Positions 48,737 through 61,960 of a DNA stretch of 64,000 bases are shown piece after piece (the first letter of the stretch is position 1; each line of letters starts with the position of its first letter). The position numbers and the translations under genes were made by a program. Source of the DNA: Eledone cirrhosa. Lineage: Eukaryota. The DNA lies in contig OZ024743.1 in assembly GCA_964016885.1 (NCBI GenBank), positions 344,410,001-344,474,000 of the forward strand. Reading direction: 5' to 3'. Under the pieces are notes generated by a model that was given only the letters and a program-made list of their open reading frames with translations, was not told the origin of the DNA and made no database searches.

Positions 48737-49071
48737 AAATTGTGAGTGTGAAAAACAGGCAGACAAAATTTACTTAACGTTTTTTCGTAGTCCAGAGAAA
48801 TTAACTAAACAAATCAATTCATCGGAGCTAAATATAAATTATAAGTATGAAGAAAAAATAGATAAATCTATACTCAATAATTCTCCCAGTCCTGACTATC
48901 AGCTGTTTCACTTGTGCTATGTAGAAAAAGTGCAAGATCATTGCATTTGCACCTTATCCAAGAGGCTTGAAGCTTTCTAAGGGGCTCATCCGATTAGGAC
49001 CAGTTTCTTTCAAAGTGATCGCCGCCAGACACAAATTCAATATATATATAAATAGGCGCGTGTGTGTATGC

Positions 49072-49158
<87 letters not shown>

Positions 49159-49165
49159 CGTGTAT

Positions 49166-50241
49166 ATGGAAAAAATGAAACGAAATTTCATTTCTCACTC
49201 TTAGAACGGCTGTTACTTAAATATAAGTATGTATACGTACATACATATATGTATACAGACGTACAGTAGTATGTATATATATACATACATGCACACACAT
49301 ATATATATGTACGTATGGATTTACCGAACATTTATTATAATGCTCGGATTGTTTGTAAACAAACATCCCGAATTAAGCCGTACACTGTTTAGAAACCATC
49401 GTTGCCCTTTTGTTCAACCCTGACAGTGTACATACATATATGTATACAGAGGTACAGTAGTATGTATATATATACATACATGCACACATATATATATATA
49501 TGTACGTATGAATTTACTGAACATTCATTATAATGCTCGGTGTGTTTGTAAACAAACATCCGGCATTAAGCCGTACAATGTTTAGCAACCATCGTTGCCC
49601 TTTTGTTCAACACTGACAGTGTTGAACAAAAGGGCAACCATGGTTGCTAAACACTGTACGGTTTAATTCGGGATGTTTGTTTACAAACACACCGAGCATT
49701 ATAATAAATGTTCGGTAAATCCATACGTACATATATATATGTGTGCATGTATGTATACATATACATGCTACTGTACGTCTGTATACATATATGTATGTAC
49801 GTATACATACTTATATTTAAGTAACAGCCGTACTAAGAGTGAGAAATGAAATTTCGTTTCATTTTTTCCATTTATCGTTTTCGGTGCGCCCGGCCGATTA
49901 ACTCACTCGATATGCAAATTAGACTGCTCAGCCATTAATATGCATAAGGAAAGTATATACTTTCAGACGTTCAATCATCTGGCAGGAAGGTATACGGTGC
50001 TGACGATAGCTAATAAGCTTGAAACTAGTACATCGTTCCTTTGTCAGTGTTGAACAAAAGGGCAACGATAGTTGTTAAACACTGTACGGCTTAATTCGGG
50101 ATGTTTGTTTACAAACAAACTGGGCATTATAATAAATGTTCGGTAAATCCATATGTACATATATATATGTGTGCATGTATGTATATATATACATACTACT
50201 GTACGTCTGTATACATATATGTATGTACGTATACATACTTA
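49166..50241. mobile_element. Second retrozyme-like element: 428-bp unit (49617-50044) plus a partial second unit, preceded by two inverted partial copies
   Basis: cagtgttgaacaaaagggcaac at 49617 and 50045. 49166-49615 consists of reverse-complement copies with the axis at 49616. HHR at 49995-50035, no ORF, microsatellite flanks. Confidence 0.85.
49995..50035 (+). ncRNA. Type I hammerhead ribozyme
   Basis: CGGUG-CUGACGA-U-AGCU-AAUA-AGCU-U-GAAA-CUAG-UA/CAUCG, with palindromic stem III ACUAGU. Confidence 0.9.
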
Positions 50242-50308
50242 TATATATAAATATATATATACATATATATATATATATAAATATAAATATATATATACAT
50301 ATATATAA

Positions 50309-50376
<68 letters not shown>

Positions 50377-50399
50377 ATATATATGTATATATATGTATA

Positions 50400-50467
<68 letters not shown>

Positions 50468-51342
50468 ATATAAAACTAGATATATACATGTGCGTACGTA
50501 TGCATACATATACATAAATATATTTTGATTATCCGTCTGTTTATTTGTGCTCGTCCATCTATCCATTGGACGATCGATCGATCGATAAATCCAACCCCAC
50601 CCACATCTCACACCACGACTAACTTCCCACATCCTCCCTCTTTTACCCATTCTCGCCCTACATACCTTCTTTTTCCATCTCCTCACAACTTTTTCACCTG
50701 TCTAACACTGTTCTTATTTCATTCATCAGTTATTTCAAATTTCAACATACCGCCGCTACAATGGCGAAAGTAATGGTACACTGCCAAGCTGTCAAAGAAA
50801 CGATAAACATCCCGGATGATTTGTTGTCAACGTAATACTTATCTACGAGAAGGAGGTTTGAAAAATATATACTAATAAATGACTGGTGTGGTAAAGACGT
50901 GTTTAGAAAGACAAGGGGCAGCAAGGGAGAATAAGAAGAAAGATGTAGAGAAATACAAACATACATACATATGCTTGCATTTATGTATGTAAATATATAA
51001 AAATATATGTATGTATTTATATATATATACACACACACAGACACACACATATATATATATATATACATAGATAGATAGATATATACATACATATATGTGT
51101 ATATGCATGTATATATAGATAGATACAGAGATGGGAATACTTAGCGTGAAGAGAACAAAATATTTTAATGAGAAAATGAGAGGTTAACATAGACATAAAG
51201 AAGTTAAATGTGAAGCGAGTAGAAGTGTAAATCGACCCCCCCCCCCCACACACAGACACATATACACAGACAGACACACACACTCATATATTTATATATT
51301 ATGCATGTATCTATTTCTCTCTCTCTTTCTCTCTCCCTATCG

Positions 51343-51413
<71 letters not shown>

Positions 51414-51539
51414 TATATATAAATAGAAGGCGTCGGTCTATAAGAAGTTTTATTTACTTTTATACCAGCTGATGAGGTGAATCCAGTTCATAAGGTTGCA
51501 GAAAATTAAATAAAAATGGCGTAAACATTACAATACAAT

Positions 51540-51840
51540 GGGAGCAAACATAATAGTACCACTGATGATGTCGGAGATGTGGGACGAAAGAACTTTGATA
51601 GACTATATATATATATTTATAACTGTATTTTTAACCGCTGGTCAATCAATGATAAATATTAATTGGCAAATAGATTAACTATGGAGATGTCAATGATACG
51701 GAAGCGAAAACCAACCGAAACCAAACAGTGAGTGTGTTCTGTTATTATTTCTGGCAATATTATAACAATATGACCCTCCCCAAGTATAACAATATTTGTT
51801 TCGACACACGATTTCATATCAAAAACCTTGCAAATGAAAA
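51540..51840 (+). mobile_element. Penelope pLTR fragment of a second Naiad-like family: HHR (51557-51600) plus ORF start
   Basis: UACCA-CUGAUGA-U-GUC..GAC-GAAA-GAAC-UU/UGAUA, then ATGACCCTCCCCAAGTATAACAATAT at 51770. A sister fragment lies at ~55765-55995. Confidence 0.7.
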
Positions 51841-52117
51841 ATATATATATATATATATATATATATAGTAATAAGAAATGTGATGACTAAAATCCGAAGA
51901 GGGTGAAAGTAGTGACTCTTTTCTCAAACTTTAATTTGTTATTCTAATATAGTGGCTCTGGTTATCGCCAACCAGCGTGAAACAGACTGTTAGCTCCTCT
52001 TCCTTCTTTCGCCTAAAAGAAGTAAGTGACATAGTCACTACTTTAACCAATAGCGTATGGTCTTCTAAATGTTTTTAATTGAACATACGGTATATTGCCA
52101 AATATACTATACATATA

Positions 52118-52219
<102 letters not shown>

Positions 52220-52299
52220 CACACACAAAAATATAATTGAAAAGCGTCGGTCTATACGAAGTTTTATTTAATTTTACACCAGCTTATAAGGTGAATCGT

Positions 52300-52335
<36 letters not shown>

Positions 52336-52382
52336 AACACCTCGTCACCTCCTCCCTCCTCCCTCCCACCGCTTCCCACCTC

Positions 52383-54008
52383 ATGGTCCGCACCCCCCAC
52401 ACCACCACTATCTACTTCCTCCCCAAACTCCACAAACCCGACAACCCCGGCCGCCCCATCGTCTCCACTTGCAACTTTCCCACCGAACTCATCTCCGCCC
52501 TTCTTGACTCCATCCTCGCCCTCCTCGTCACCACCCTCTCCTCCCACATCCCCGACACCAACCACGCCCTTCGCCTATTCGACTCCTTCACCTTCCCACC
52601 GGGCCCACATCCCTCCCTCTTCACCCTAGATATCAAGTCGCTTTATACTGTCATCCCCTACGCCGACGGCCTACGTGCCCTCAAGCACTACCTGAACCTT
52701 CGCACCCCCCCCCCACACCCTCCTTCGCCGAGCTGGTCCTCACCATCAACTGTTTCTCCTTCTCGAGTGAGTTTTACCAACAGGTCACGGGGGTAGCCAT
52801 GGGCACAAGAATGGGCCCAAACTATGCCAACCTTTTCGTTGGCCATGTTAAGGCCCAAATCTTTGCCCAGTACACCGGCCCCACGTCCGAACTGTACGGT
52901 CGTTACATCGACGACTGTATCGGAGCCACGACCCTCACCCGAGAACAGCTCGACTCCTTTCTCTCCTTCTTTTTCTCCTTCCACCCCTCCCTCCACTTCA
53001 CCACCTCTATCTCCACCACCCACAACCACTTCTTAGACATCTCCGTCGCCATCGACCCATCCCTCCACTCCGTCGTCACCTCCACCTTCTTCAAACCCAC
53101 CGACTCCCACTCCTACCTCGACTTCACCTCCTCCCACCCAACACACACTAAACACTCTATTCCCTACTCCCAACTCCTCAGGATCCGCCGCCTCTGCAGC
53201 CGAGATGCTGACTTTGAGTCCCAGGCCCTTTCCCTAGTCAGCCATTTCATCCGCAGAGGTTACCCCGCCTCCCTCGGCCACACCACCCTCACTCGCGCCC
53301 GTGTTGTCCACCGCTCCACCACCCTCACCCCACGCCACCGCACACCCACCCACCCTCACCCCACGCCACCGCACACCCACCCACCATCTCCCCTTCCCCA
53401 TCACCTACCACCCCTCCACCCTACCCCTCCACCGCAACATCCTCCGCCTCTTCCGACGCCTCCAGTCCGACTCCTCCACCACCCACATCTTCCCATGCCC
53501 ACCACTCCCCTCCTTCAAAGGCGCACGCAATCTCCGCACCCTCCTCGTCCGCAGCTCCCTACCCCCCAACCCACGCCCTCTTTTCCTCCCCGGTTCCCTT
53601 CCCTGTTCCAGGCCTCGTTGCAAAACCTTCCCCCACATCACCAACACCACCACCTTCCAGGGTCCCAACGGTCACTCTCTCTTTGTTCGGCACGCCTTCC
53701 ACTGCACCTCCTCCAACCTAGTCTATGGACTTCGTTGCACGGAGTGCAGTTCAACCTACGTCGGACAGACTGGACGTCGCCTAGCGGACCGTTTCACCGA
53801 ACACCTCCGGGATATTCACCTCGGCGGGAGTTCCCCCATCGCCCGCCACTTTGGCTCCCCTGGACATTCCGCGCACCACCTCACAGTCTGTGGCCTACTC
53901 CAATGCCACGGAACACCCGCCACCCGCCTCAGGGTCGAACAACTCACCATCTTCACTCTACAGACCCACACTTCCCCCGGCCTGAACTCCCCACCCCTAT
54001 TCCTTTAG
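52383..54008 (+). pseudogene. Neptune RT-GIY-YIG ORF, frameshifted
   Basis: ORF fragments 52383..52796, 52799..~53340 and 53301..54008. Confidence 0.9.
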
Positions 54009-55190
54009 CCTTCGACCGCCCCACACTTATCCCCCACTAACACCACTAACACACTCCTCCTTTTCACTGCCCACCCCCTTGTCCTACCCCACACCTAACA
54101 ATACTAAGACCTCCACCCCACCAAAGACCATCCTTCCCCAACTAACCATACTAACATCCCCTCCCCATATCACGCACACACCCACCGGTACATATATACA
54201 CGCACTCACACTATCCACACACCCTACTACGACCACTAACCCTCACCCACACATCCACTCCCACCACGCCACAACTAATACCACTAACATCCCCCCGACC
54301 CCACGCACACGAAGATACACACCCACCCACACCCACTTACACCACCCACTCTACACACCCTACCACCACTGACCCCCACTAACACACCCGCATTCAACCC
54401 TTTCCCCACCACCAGTATACTAACACCCACTAACACCCCCTTCATCACACACACACACTCATCCAAACACGCACACACACACCAGTACACTACACTCCTT
54501 ACCGTCCGCCACACCTTTCCCTCCCTCTCCCCGCTCCACCCACACCCCTTCACACACACACATCCCACTAACACCTCTACTAATACACACCACATGCCCC
54601 GCATGACCCCCTCCCCACTCCACCTTTCACACACACCCTCTCCCCTGTCCACCGCAGCTCCGCACACACTGACACACTGACTTTCTCCACCTGCCAGTCT
54701 CCTCTACTGCTGCTACGCCTTGACCCTCTGACCACTTCTCCGCACATACAGACACACAACCCTCTCCACCTGTCATTCTCCTCTACCCTCATCCTGCCTT
54801 GACCCTCTGACCACTTCTTGTTGCGCGGGCACCCCAAATCTTCCCTCTTCCGACCACCACAGCCACAGGTTCCCACTATCTACTCCATCACATGGAAAAT
54901 ATCCGGCACTCCCCACATCCTCTACGGAACTACCTTAGGAACTTACCCACGGACATACACTCACAAACATTTTTTTAGAACCACGCCACCTACATCCACA
55001 AAACGTATAAACACCACACACACGTGCGTACCCCGACATATATACACACTCAGCCTCCGGAATTTTATTTTATTTTATTTTATTTGTACCCCTTCCACCG
55101 TTTTCCTCCCTTTCCTCTCGCCCCCTTTTTTCTAAATGTCTCTCCTCCACTCCTCTACACACACTCGGAACTCTCATCCCACCCACTTTT

Positions 55191-55224
55191 CGCCTGAAGA
55201 AGGACTTATGCCCGAAACGTCGTT
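55191..55224 (+). ncRNA. Minimal hammerhead motif of the Neptune pLTR
   Basis: CUGAAGA-A-GGAC-UUAU-GCCC-GAAA-CG-UC/G. Stem III is reduced to the palindrome ACGU and stem I is weak. Confidence 0.7.
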
Positions 55225-55304
55225 CTCCACCCCCCACTCTCAAGAGCGTGAAACTAATAAACCTTTGTTCGTACTGCCTCTCTGTTTTGTTCCCGTTCCA
55301 TTTT

Positions 55305-55344
<40 letters not shown>

Positions 55345-55426
55345 TTATATATTAATATATATGATAAACACAAAACGTGCTGATTAATTGTAAACGACTA
55401 AGAGTTTAATCTCTAAATATAATATA

Positions 55427-55474
<48 letters not shown>

Positions 55475-55580
55475 CAGGAGATTAATATCCCCACAGGTAC
55501 TAAGTACCCCTGGAAATATATAGGGTGTCTATGATACAGTGGTTGTTCTATGGTATTAATTTGACAGACCAGAACTATAA

Positions 55581-55746
55581 AATTGAGGTAAGCGGAGCAA
55601 GCAAGATTCAAACAATTTTTAAAAATAAATTAAAAAATATAATTTAAATATTTACCTATTCCAATTGCTTTTACCGACGGTTTCACCCTACTTTTTAATT
55701 TATTTTAAAAATTGTTTGAATCTTGCTTGCTCCGCTTATCTCAATT
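55581..55746. repeat. Fold-back inverted repeat (~55-bp arms 55581-55636 and 55692-55746) in a (TA)n-flanked insert; the spacer holds the 3' half of an HHR
   Basis: aattgaggtaagcggagcaagcaagattcaaacaattttt and its reverse complement. The spacer minus strand reads GAAA-CCGUCGG-UA/AAAGC. Confidence 0.75.
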
Positions 55747-55764
55747 ATATATATATATATATGT

Positions 55765-55995
55765 GCAACGAAAGATTTATGTAAACTATATATATATGTG
55801 TTTGTCTATATTGTATCTGTATTATTTTTGACCGCCGGTCAGTCAATGGCAACATTGAGGACCGAGTAAGTTAGATCGCAGATATATATATATAAAAGAC
55901 AGCGAGAAGCGAAAACCAACCAAACAGTCAGTGTGTTCTGTTATTAATTCTGGCAATATTACGCAAATATGACCCTCCCCAAATATAACAATATA
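55765..55995 (+). mobile_element. Penelope pLTR fragment homologous to 51585-51795
   Basis: Shared accg(c/t)ggtca.tcaatg..gaagcgaaaaccaacc..aaacagt.agtgtgttctgttatta.ttctggcaatatta..atatgaccctcccc. Confidence 0.75.
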
Positions 55996-56142
55996 TATAT
56001 ATACAAATATATAAATGTAAAGCGTCGGTCTATAACAAGTTGTATTTAATTTAGATTTAATCTAAATTTCCAGCCTGGTGTCTCTCGGTAAATATTGCAT
56101 GTGATATATATGACATTATTTCTTCCAGTGGAATGGGGTTGA

Positions 56143-56482
56143 GGGCTGTGGATTGGCAGTATCGGTAGAGAATCGGACGACATGCTTTCCAACATAGAGT
56201 TACGTCCTTTACGGTCTGAGTTCAAATCCCGCCGAGGTTAACTTTGCCTTTCATCCTTACGGGGTCGATAAAATAAAGTACCAGTAATGCACTGGGATAA
56301 TTGCTGGCCTTGTGCCAAAAATAGAAACAGTTATATATACGTGTGAATTAAACAAACTGGAAGAAATAATTGTTTCTACTTTTGGCACAAGGCGGGATTT
56401 GAACTCAAGTCCTAAAAGGCCATAACTCTATGCTGCAAAGCATGGTGTCTGACGCTCTACCGATACTGCCAATCCACCGCCC
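56143..56482. mobile_element. Two SINE family 2 copies tail to tail: 56143-56330 (+) and internally deleted 56370-56482 (-)
   Basis: gtggattggcagtatcggtagag..ctgagttcaaatcccgccgaggttaactttgcc..gctggccttgtgccaaaa. The second copy joins cacaagg directly to cgggatttg. Confidence 0.88.
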
Positions 56483-56574
56483 TTTGACAGATATATAATG
56501 TCATAGCACCCACTCCCTGTTGAATCGTTGTGCATTCATAGTGATGAAATATCTCGTTTAATACTTAGGTTGAT

Positions 56575-58754
56575 GTTTGTATGTGTGTTTGTGAGTCAGA
56601 CATGTGTGTGTGTTAGGCAGTGTGACGTGTGTGTGTGTGTTAGGGAGTCTGACGTGTGTGTGTTAGGGAGTCTGACGTGTGTGTGTGTATGTGTTAGAAA
56701 GGGTGATGTGTGTGTGTTAGTGAGTCTGACGTGTGTGTGTTTTGTGAGTCTGTGGTATGCGTGTGTTAGTGAGCGTGTCGTGTGTGTGTTGTGAGTATGT
56801 CGTGTGAGTGTTAGTCTGTGGTATGTGTGTGTTGTGAGCCTGTCGTGTGTGTGTTGTGAGTCTGTCGTGTGTGTTAGTCTGTGGTATGTGTGTGTTGTGA
56901 GTCTGTCGTGTGTGTGTTAGTCTGTGGTATGTGTGTGTTGTGAGTCTGTCGTGTGTGTGTTAGTCTGTGGTATGTGTGTGTTGTGAGTCTGTCGTGTGTG
57001 TGTTAGTCTGTGGTATGTGTGTGTTGTGAGCCTGTCGTGTGTGTGTTGTGAGTATGTCGTGTGTGTGTTGTGAGTCTGTCGTGTGTGTGTTAGTCTGTGG
57101 TATGTGTGTGTTGTGAGTATGTCGTGTGTGTGTTAGTCTGTGGTATGTGTGTGTTAGTGAGTCTGTCGTGTGTGTGTTGTGAGTCTGTCGTGTGTGTGTT
57201 AGTCTGTGGTATGTGTGTGTTAGTGAGTCTGTCGTGTGTGTGTTGTGAGTATGTCGTGTGTGTGTTAGTCTGTGGTATGTGTGTGTTAGTGTGTCTGACG
57301 TGTGTGTGTGTGTTAGTGAGTCTGTGGTATGTGTGTGTTAGTGTGTCTGACGTGTGTGTGTTAGTGAGTCTGTGGTATGTGTGTGTTAGTGTGTCTGACG
57401 TGTGTGTGTTAGTGAGTCTGTGGTATGTGTGTGTTAGTGTGTCTGACGTGTGTGTGTGTGTTAGTGAGTCTGTGGTATGTGTGTGTTAGTGTGTCTGACG
57501 TGTGTGTGTGTGTTAGTGAGTCTGTGGTATGTGTGTGTTAGTGTGTCTGACGTGTGTGTGTGTGTTAGTGAGTCTGTGGTATGTGTGTGTTAGTGTGTCT
57601 GACGTGTGTGTGTGTGTTAGTGAGTCTGTGGTATGTGTGTGTTAGTGTGTCTGACGTGTGTGTGTGTGTTAGTGAGTCTGTGGTATGTGTGTGTTAGTGT
57701 GTCTGACGTGTGTGTGTGTGTGTTAGTGAGTCTGTGGTATATGTGTGTTAGTGTGTCTGACGTGTGTGTGTTAGTGAGTCTGTGGTATGTGTGTGTTAGT
57801 GTGTCTGACGTGTGTGTGTGTGTTAGTGAGTCTGTGGTATGTGTGTGTTAGTGTGTCTGACGTGTGTGTGTGTGTTAGTGAGTCTGTGGTATGTGTGTGT
57901 TAGTGTGTCTGACGTGTGTGTGTGTGTTAGTGAGTCTGTGGTATGTGTGTGTTAGTGTGTCTGACGTGTGTGTGTGTGTTAGTGAGTCTGTGGTATGTGT
58001 GTGTTAGTGTGTCTGACGTGTGTGTGTGTGTGTTAGTGAGTCTGTGGTATATGTGTGTTAGTGTGTCTGACGTGTGCGTGTGTGTTAGTGAGTCTGTGGT
58101 ATGTGTGTGTTAGTGTGTCTGACGTGTGTGTGTATGTTAGTGAGTCTGTGGTATGTGTGTGTTAGTGTGTCTGACGTGTGTGTGTGTGTGTTAGTGAGTC
58201 TGTGGTATGTGTGTGTTAGTGTGTCTGACGTGTGTGTGTGTGTGTTAGTGAGTCTGTGGTATGTGTGTGTTAGTGTGTCTGACGTGTGTGTGTGTGTTAG
58301 TGAGTCTGTGGTATGTGTGTGTTAGTGTGTCTGACGTGTGTGTGTGTGTTAGTGAGTCTGTGGTATATGTGTGTTAGTGTGTCTGACGTGTGTGTGTGTG
58401 TTAGTGAGTCTGTGGTATGTGTGTGTTAGTGTGTCTGACGTGTGTGTGTGTGTTAGTGAGTCTGTGGTATGTGTGTGTTAGTGTGTCTGACGTGTGTGTG
58501 TGTGTTAGTGAGTCTGTGGTATGTGTGTGTTAGTGTGTCTGACGTGTGTGTGTGTGTTAGTGAGTCTGTGGTATGTGTGTGTTAGTGTGTCTGACGTGTG
58601 TGTGTTAGTGAGTCTGTGGTATGTATGTGTTAGTGTGTCTGACGTGTGTGTGTGTGTTAGTGAGTCTGTGGTATGTGTGTGTTAGTGTGTCTGACGTGTG
58701 TGTGTGTGTTAGTGAGTCTGTGGTATGTGTGTGTTAGTGTGTCTGACGTGTGTT
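56575..58754. repeat. GT-rich minisatellite array (~44-50-bp unit with variable (GT)n)
   Basis: Unit gttagtgagtctgtggtatgtgtgtgttagtgtgtctgac(gt)n, homogeneous from ~57290, with a different unit variant at 56780-57280. Confidence 0.95.
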
Positions 58755-59805
58755 ATCTATATCGATAGAGGGGACAGAAAATGAGAAATTGAGAGGCAGA
58801 GAGATATAATTGAATATAGTTCTATAGGTAGAAAGATAAAGAAAATAGGAATGATATGTATATAATCAGGTATATAGTGTAGGATAGAGAGAAGTATAGG
58901 AAGAAAGGCTGAGACGCGAGGAAGATATAAACAGCGCAAAAATATATAGGTAGTAGGTGGAGGAAGGGGTGGAGTATGAGGACATGGAGGAGGGGCAGGA
59001 GTAGAATGGGTAGGAGGGTGGGGGAGGAAGAAGAGGAGAAAGGATAGTTATGTGTATCTAGTGGCAAACATCGTAATGTTTCTGTCAGAATCTGCTCGAG
59101 TCATTAATCAGTTCAACTCATTAGTCAAATTGATGGATGAGTGATTCAGAAGATAGACCGATCTTTTAACGGTGACACTCTCATCTGATGAGATCAATAC
59201 AATTCAGTAAATGAAAAATGATGTTCGTCCTAAAAATCAATAGAATAACGTCTTTTGCTGGCAGCGTTTCCTTTGACATATCTTAGCTACCATTTTTGTT
59301 TTGAAACATATATATGAGTGCCGTTACCTTAAACCTTTCTTTTTCTTTCAGAGTTGTTGATAGGTGGTATTATAAGGTGATACCAGGTCTTGTGAGGCGT
59401 TGGCTTAACTGTGATTATATTATTGGTGAGTGATTGGTATTTGCTGTTGTTGGTTTTGGTGTTACTGTGCTTATTGTAGTTGTTGTTTATCAAAGTATAA
59501 CCCTTATAGAGCCGTCTTTCTAATGGATCTTGTATTTCATTAATAAATGTGTCCTTCGCTTTTAAAGATATAATTTCATAGTGATTTAGCTGACATTTCT
59601 AGCATGAAATGTGACCAGAGATGTTTCCTCGGTGCTTTTTGGTAATGCTTGATAACGTTGGCTGTTTTAGGAAGCTACTATCTGATATATGGTGATGTTA
59701 TGGTTGTGCTTGATGATTTCGTTTGGTAGGGGTGATACATAGAAATATCTGGTGTTGTTTGATAATTTTGGCAGGTGTGGTGAGGTTACAATGTGAAATA
59801 TAATA

Positions 59806-60395
59806 ATTGTTTCTACTTTTGGCACAAGGCCAGCAATTACCCAGTGCATTACTGGTACTTTATTTTATCGACCCCGTAAGGATGAAAGGCAACGTTAACC
59901 TCGGCGGGATTTGAACTCAGAAAAACGTCACAATTTTGCTTAGAAGAAACGTAACAGTAAACAAAGGTTACATTATTTTAAACACCGTAAATAATAATTA
60001 ACATATTTTAACATTATTTTAAGTCGTTTACTAACTTACAATTTATGCATTCTCCTTTTTAGTGACAATCTCTGGAGAAATTTTTTGCTGTTGTGTTATA
60101 GTTGGTGCTATTTACTTTTCATATGTATATACATACATATATATATATATTTCTTTTGCTTTTGTTACTGCTGTTGTTGTTGTAGTTATTGTTGTCGTCA
60201 ATAATAATTGTTTCAACTTTTGGCACTAGGCCACCAATTACCCAGTGTATTACTGGTACTTTATTTTATCGAACCCCGTAAGGATGAAAGGCAAAGTTAA
60301 CCTCGGCGGGATTTAAACTCAGATCATAAAGGGACGTAACTCTATGCTTCAAAGCATGGTGTCCGACTCTCTACCGATACTGCCAATCCACCGCC
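59806..60395 (-). mobile_element. Two SINE family 2 copies (59806-59922 truncated; 60207-60395 full length)
   Basis: Same core and tail as the 9631-12474 cluster. Confidence 0.88.
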
Positions 60396-61447
60396 CTTGG
60401 ATAAAGCAGGAGAGACAACCACAGAATTTAAATTAGTTAAACAAAATGCAGTGGGGAATGAGTGTGATCTTTGTTAATACGCTGACAAATGTTAAACTAT
60501 GTTTAGGAAATACTTTCATTCAAGTTGTCTATATCTTGTTACAATCTGTAACCATTTGGCTAGGCAGAATCTGAAAGCATTGACTATCTAGTTACTACAT
60601 GTATATCTAATGTCTTCAATTTTAGTGTAGATAATTATCATTCAATGCCTCTATATTTGTATATATATATTTGTATATGTTTAAGTACCACGAGGAATAC
60701 AAATATTTCGTGGAACCATGGAACTGAATCTGGAAAGTTCTCTATGACATAAGCCAGAACAGGGTTATCTATTTAGTTTGTTTTTGAAGACTTATGAATG
60801 CAAGTCTTCCATCTTCACGTTACCGAACAGATGTTGTCCAAAGACAAGTGTTAGTACAGTTTGGTACAAGCCAACTCAGCAAACAAAGGACCAAAAGAGA
60901 TACGAAAACGCATCTCGTCCGCTTCTCTAACAACTACACCAATTCACGCTCTGAAACAGTAGTTTATTCATCGACCTCGAAAAGATGAAAAACAATTTTG
61001 ATCTTGGTGAGATCTGAACTCAGTGCGCATAAAACCTTAACAGATGCAAAACATGTCATCTGATGTTCCAACTATTACTCCGACATCTGTAGGCTGTGTC
61101 TATATAGTTACCACCCACATATTGAGACAATATAATTAACATATACAGGTTGTGTATCGCCTTATGTCTTGTTATTATATATACACCTTATTTAAAGTTA
61201 CATCATATAGTGTCTATATAACAACCATTTACAAATTCTGTTTATGTAAGTAGTCACCATTTACAGTTTATGCCTAAAACCTTGCTATCTACAAACCAGC
61301 TACCATCAAAAACTTTTATGACTCTACACAATATATGCCAACTGTTAACTATATAGTTAACAGCTAAAAGCTGTATAGCTGTGTATTTCGACTAACGGCA
61401 GATGTGATAGGCCGCATAGTTGTGTATGTTCCAATTATTATCTAGAA

Positions 61448-61960
61448 TAGGGTTTCTCAAACTTTTTCAAACGTGGAACCCTTTTTGGTTCAGAAACTTT
61501 GGGGTGAACTCCAAAGTCTAATACTGTTATATGGTCGTAATATGAATATACTCCTCTACCATTTTCACGGAACCCTAGGCACTTCATAGAACGAAAAGTC
61601 TAGAACATGTGTACTTGTGTATGTTCTTCTTATTAGTTAGAGACTGTGGAACTGTGCATATCTAATTATTAACTAGAGGCCGAACAGCTCTATATATTCT
61701 AGTCATTACCTAGAGATGTAGATCTTAAACCTTTTTGCTCCTTTCTCCACTACGGTATTTCATGAGATTTCATGCCTTCTTCAACATAAAACTGTTTGGC
61801 GTGAAGTTTAGAAATTTACTAAGAACAGAAAAACTCAAATTAATAATACCGCTTTAAATTTACCCAGAAATATTTATATTGCCCTTCCAAATTGCCGGCC
61901 AACATATTTAAATTCCCCACTTTGTGGCGTGCGCTGTACTCTCAGAATCACTCATCTAGC
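61448..61960. mobile_element. Possible hAT/Charlie-type MITE remnants
   Basis: tagggtttctcaaactttt..ggaaccc (61449) and ctcagaatcactc (~61941) resemble CAGGG(G/T)TTCTCAAAC-type terminal repeats. No target duplication confirmed. Confidence 0.35.

Larger units (their letters stand above)
52334..55308 (+). mobile_element. Neptune-type Penelope-like element, 5'-truncated, extremely C-rich sense strand, flanked by (TA)n
   Basis: RT motifs IYFLPKLHKPDNPGRPIVS, LFTLDIKSLYTVIP, MGTRMGPNYANLFV and RYIDD. Zn linker CSRPRCKT. GIY-YIG NLVYGLRCTECSSTYVGQTGRRLADRFTEH. HHR near the 3' end. Confidence 0.93.

Noticed and set aside
48888-49001. Possible long-stem-II hammerhead on the minus strand (CGGAUGA...GAAACAGCUGAUA)
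   Set aside because: Core U4 is changed and stems II and III do not pair convincingly.
56575-58754. Telomeric repeat or CRISPR-like array
   Set aside because: Only isolated TTAGG motifs occur, there are no (TTAGGG)n runs, and the variable parts are just (GT)n length changes.
59180-59225. CUGAUGA...GAAA spacing suggestive of a hammerhead
   Set aside because: There is no stem II and no valid NUH/stem III, so it is likely a chance match.
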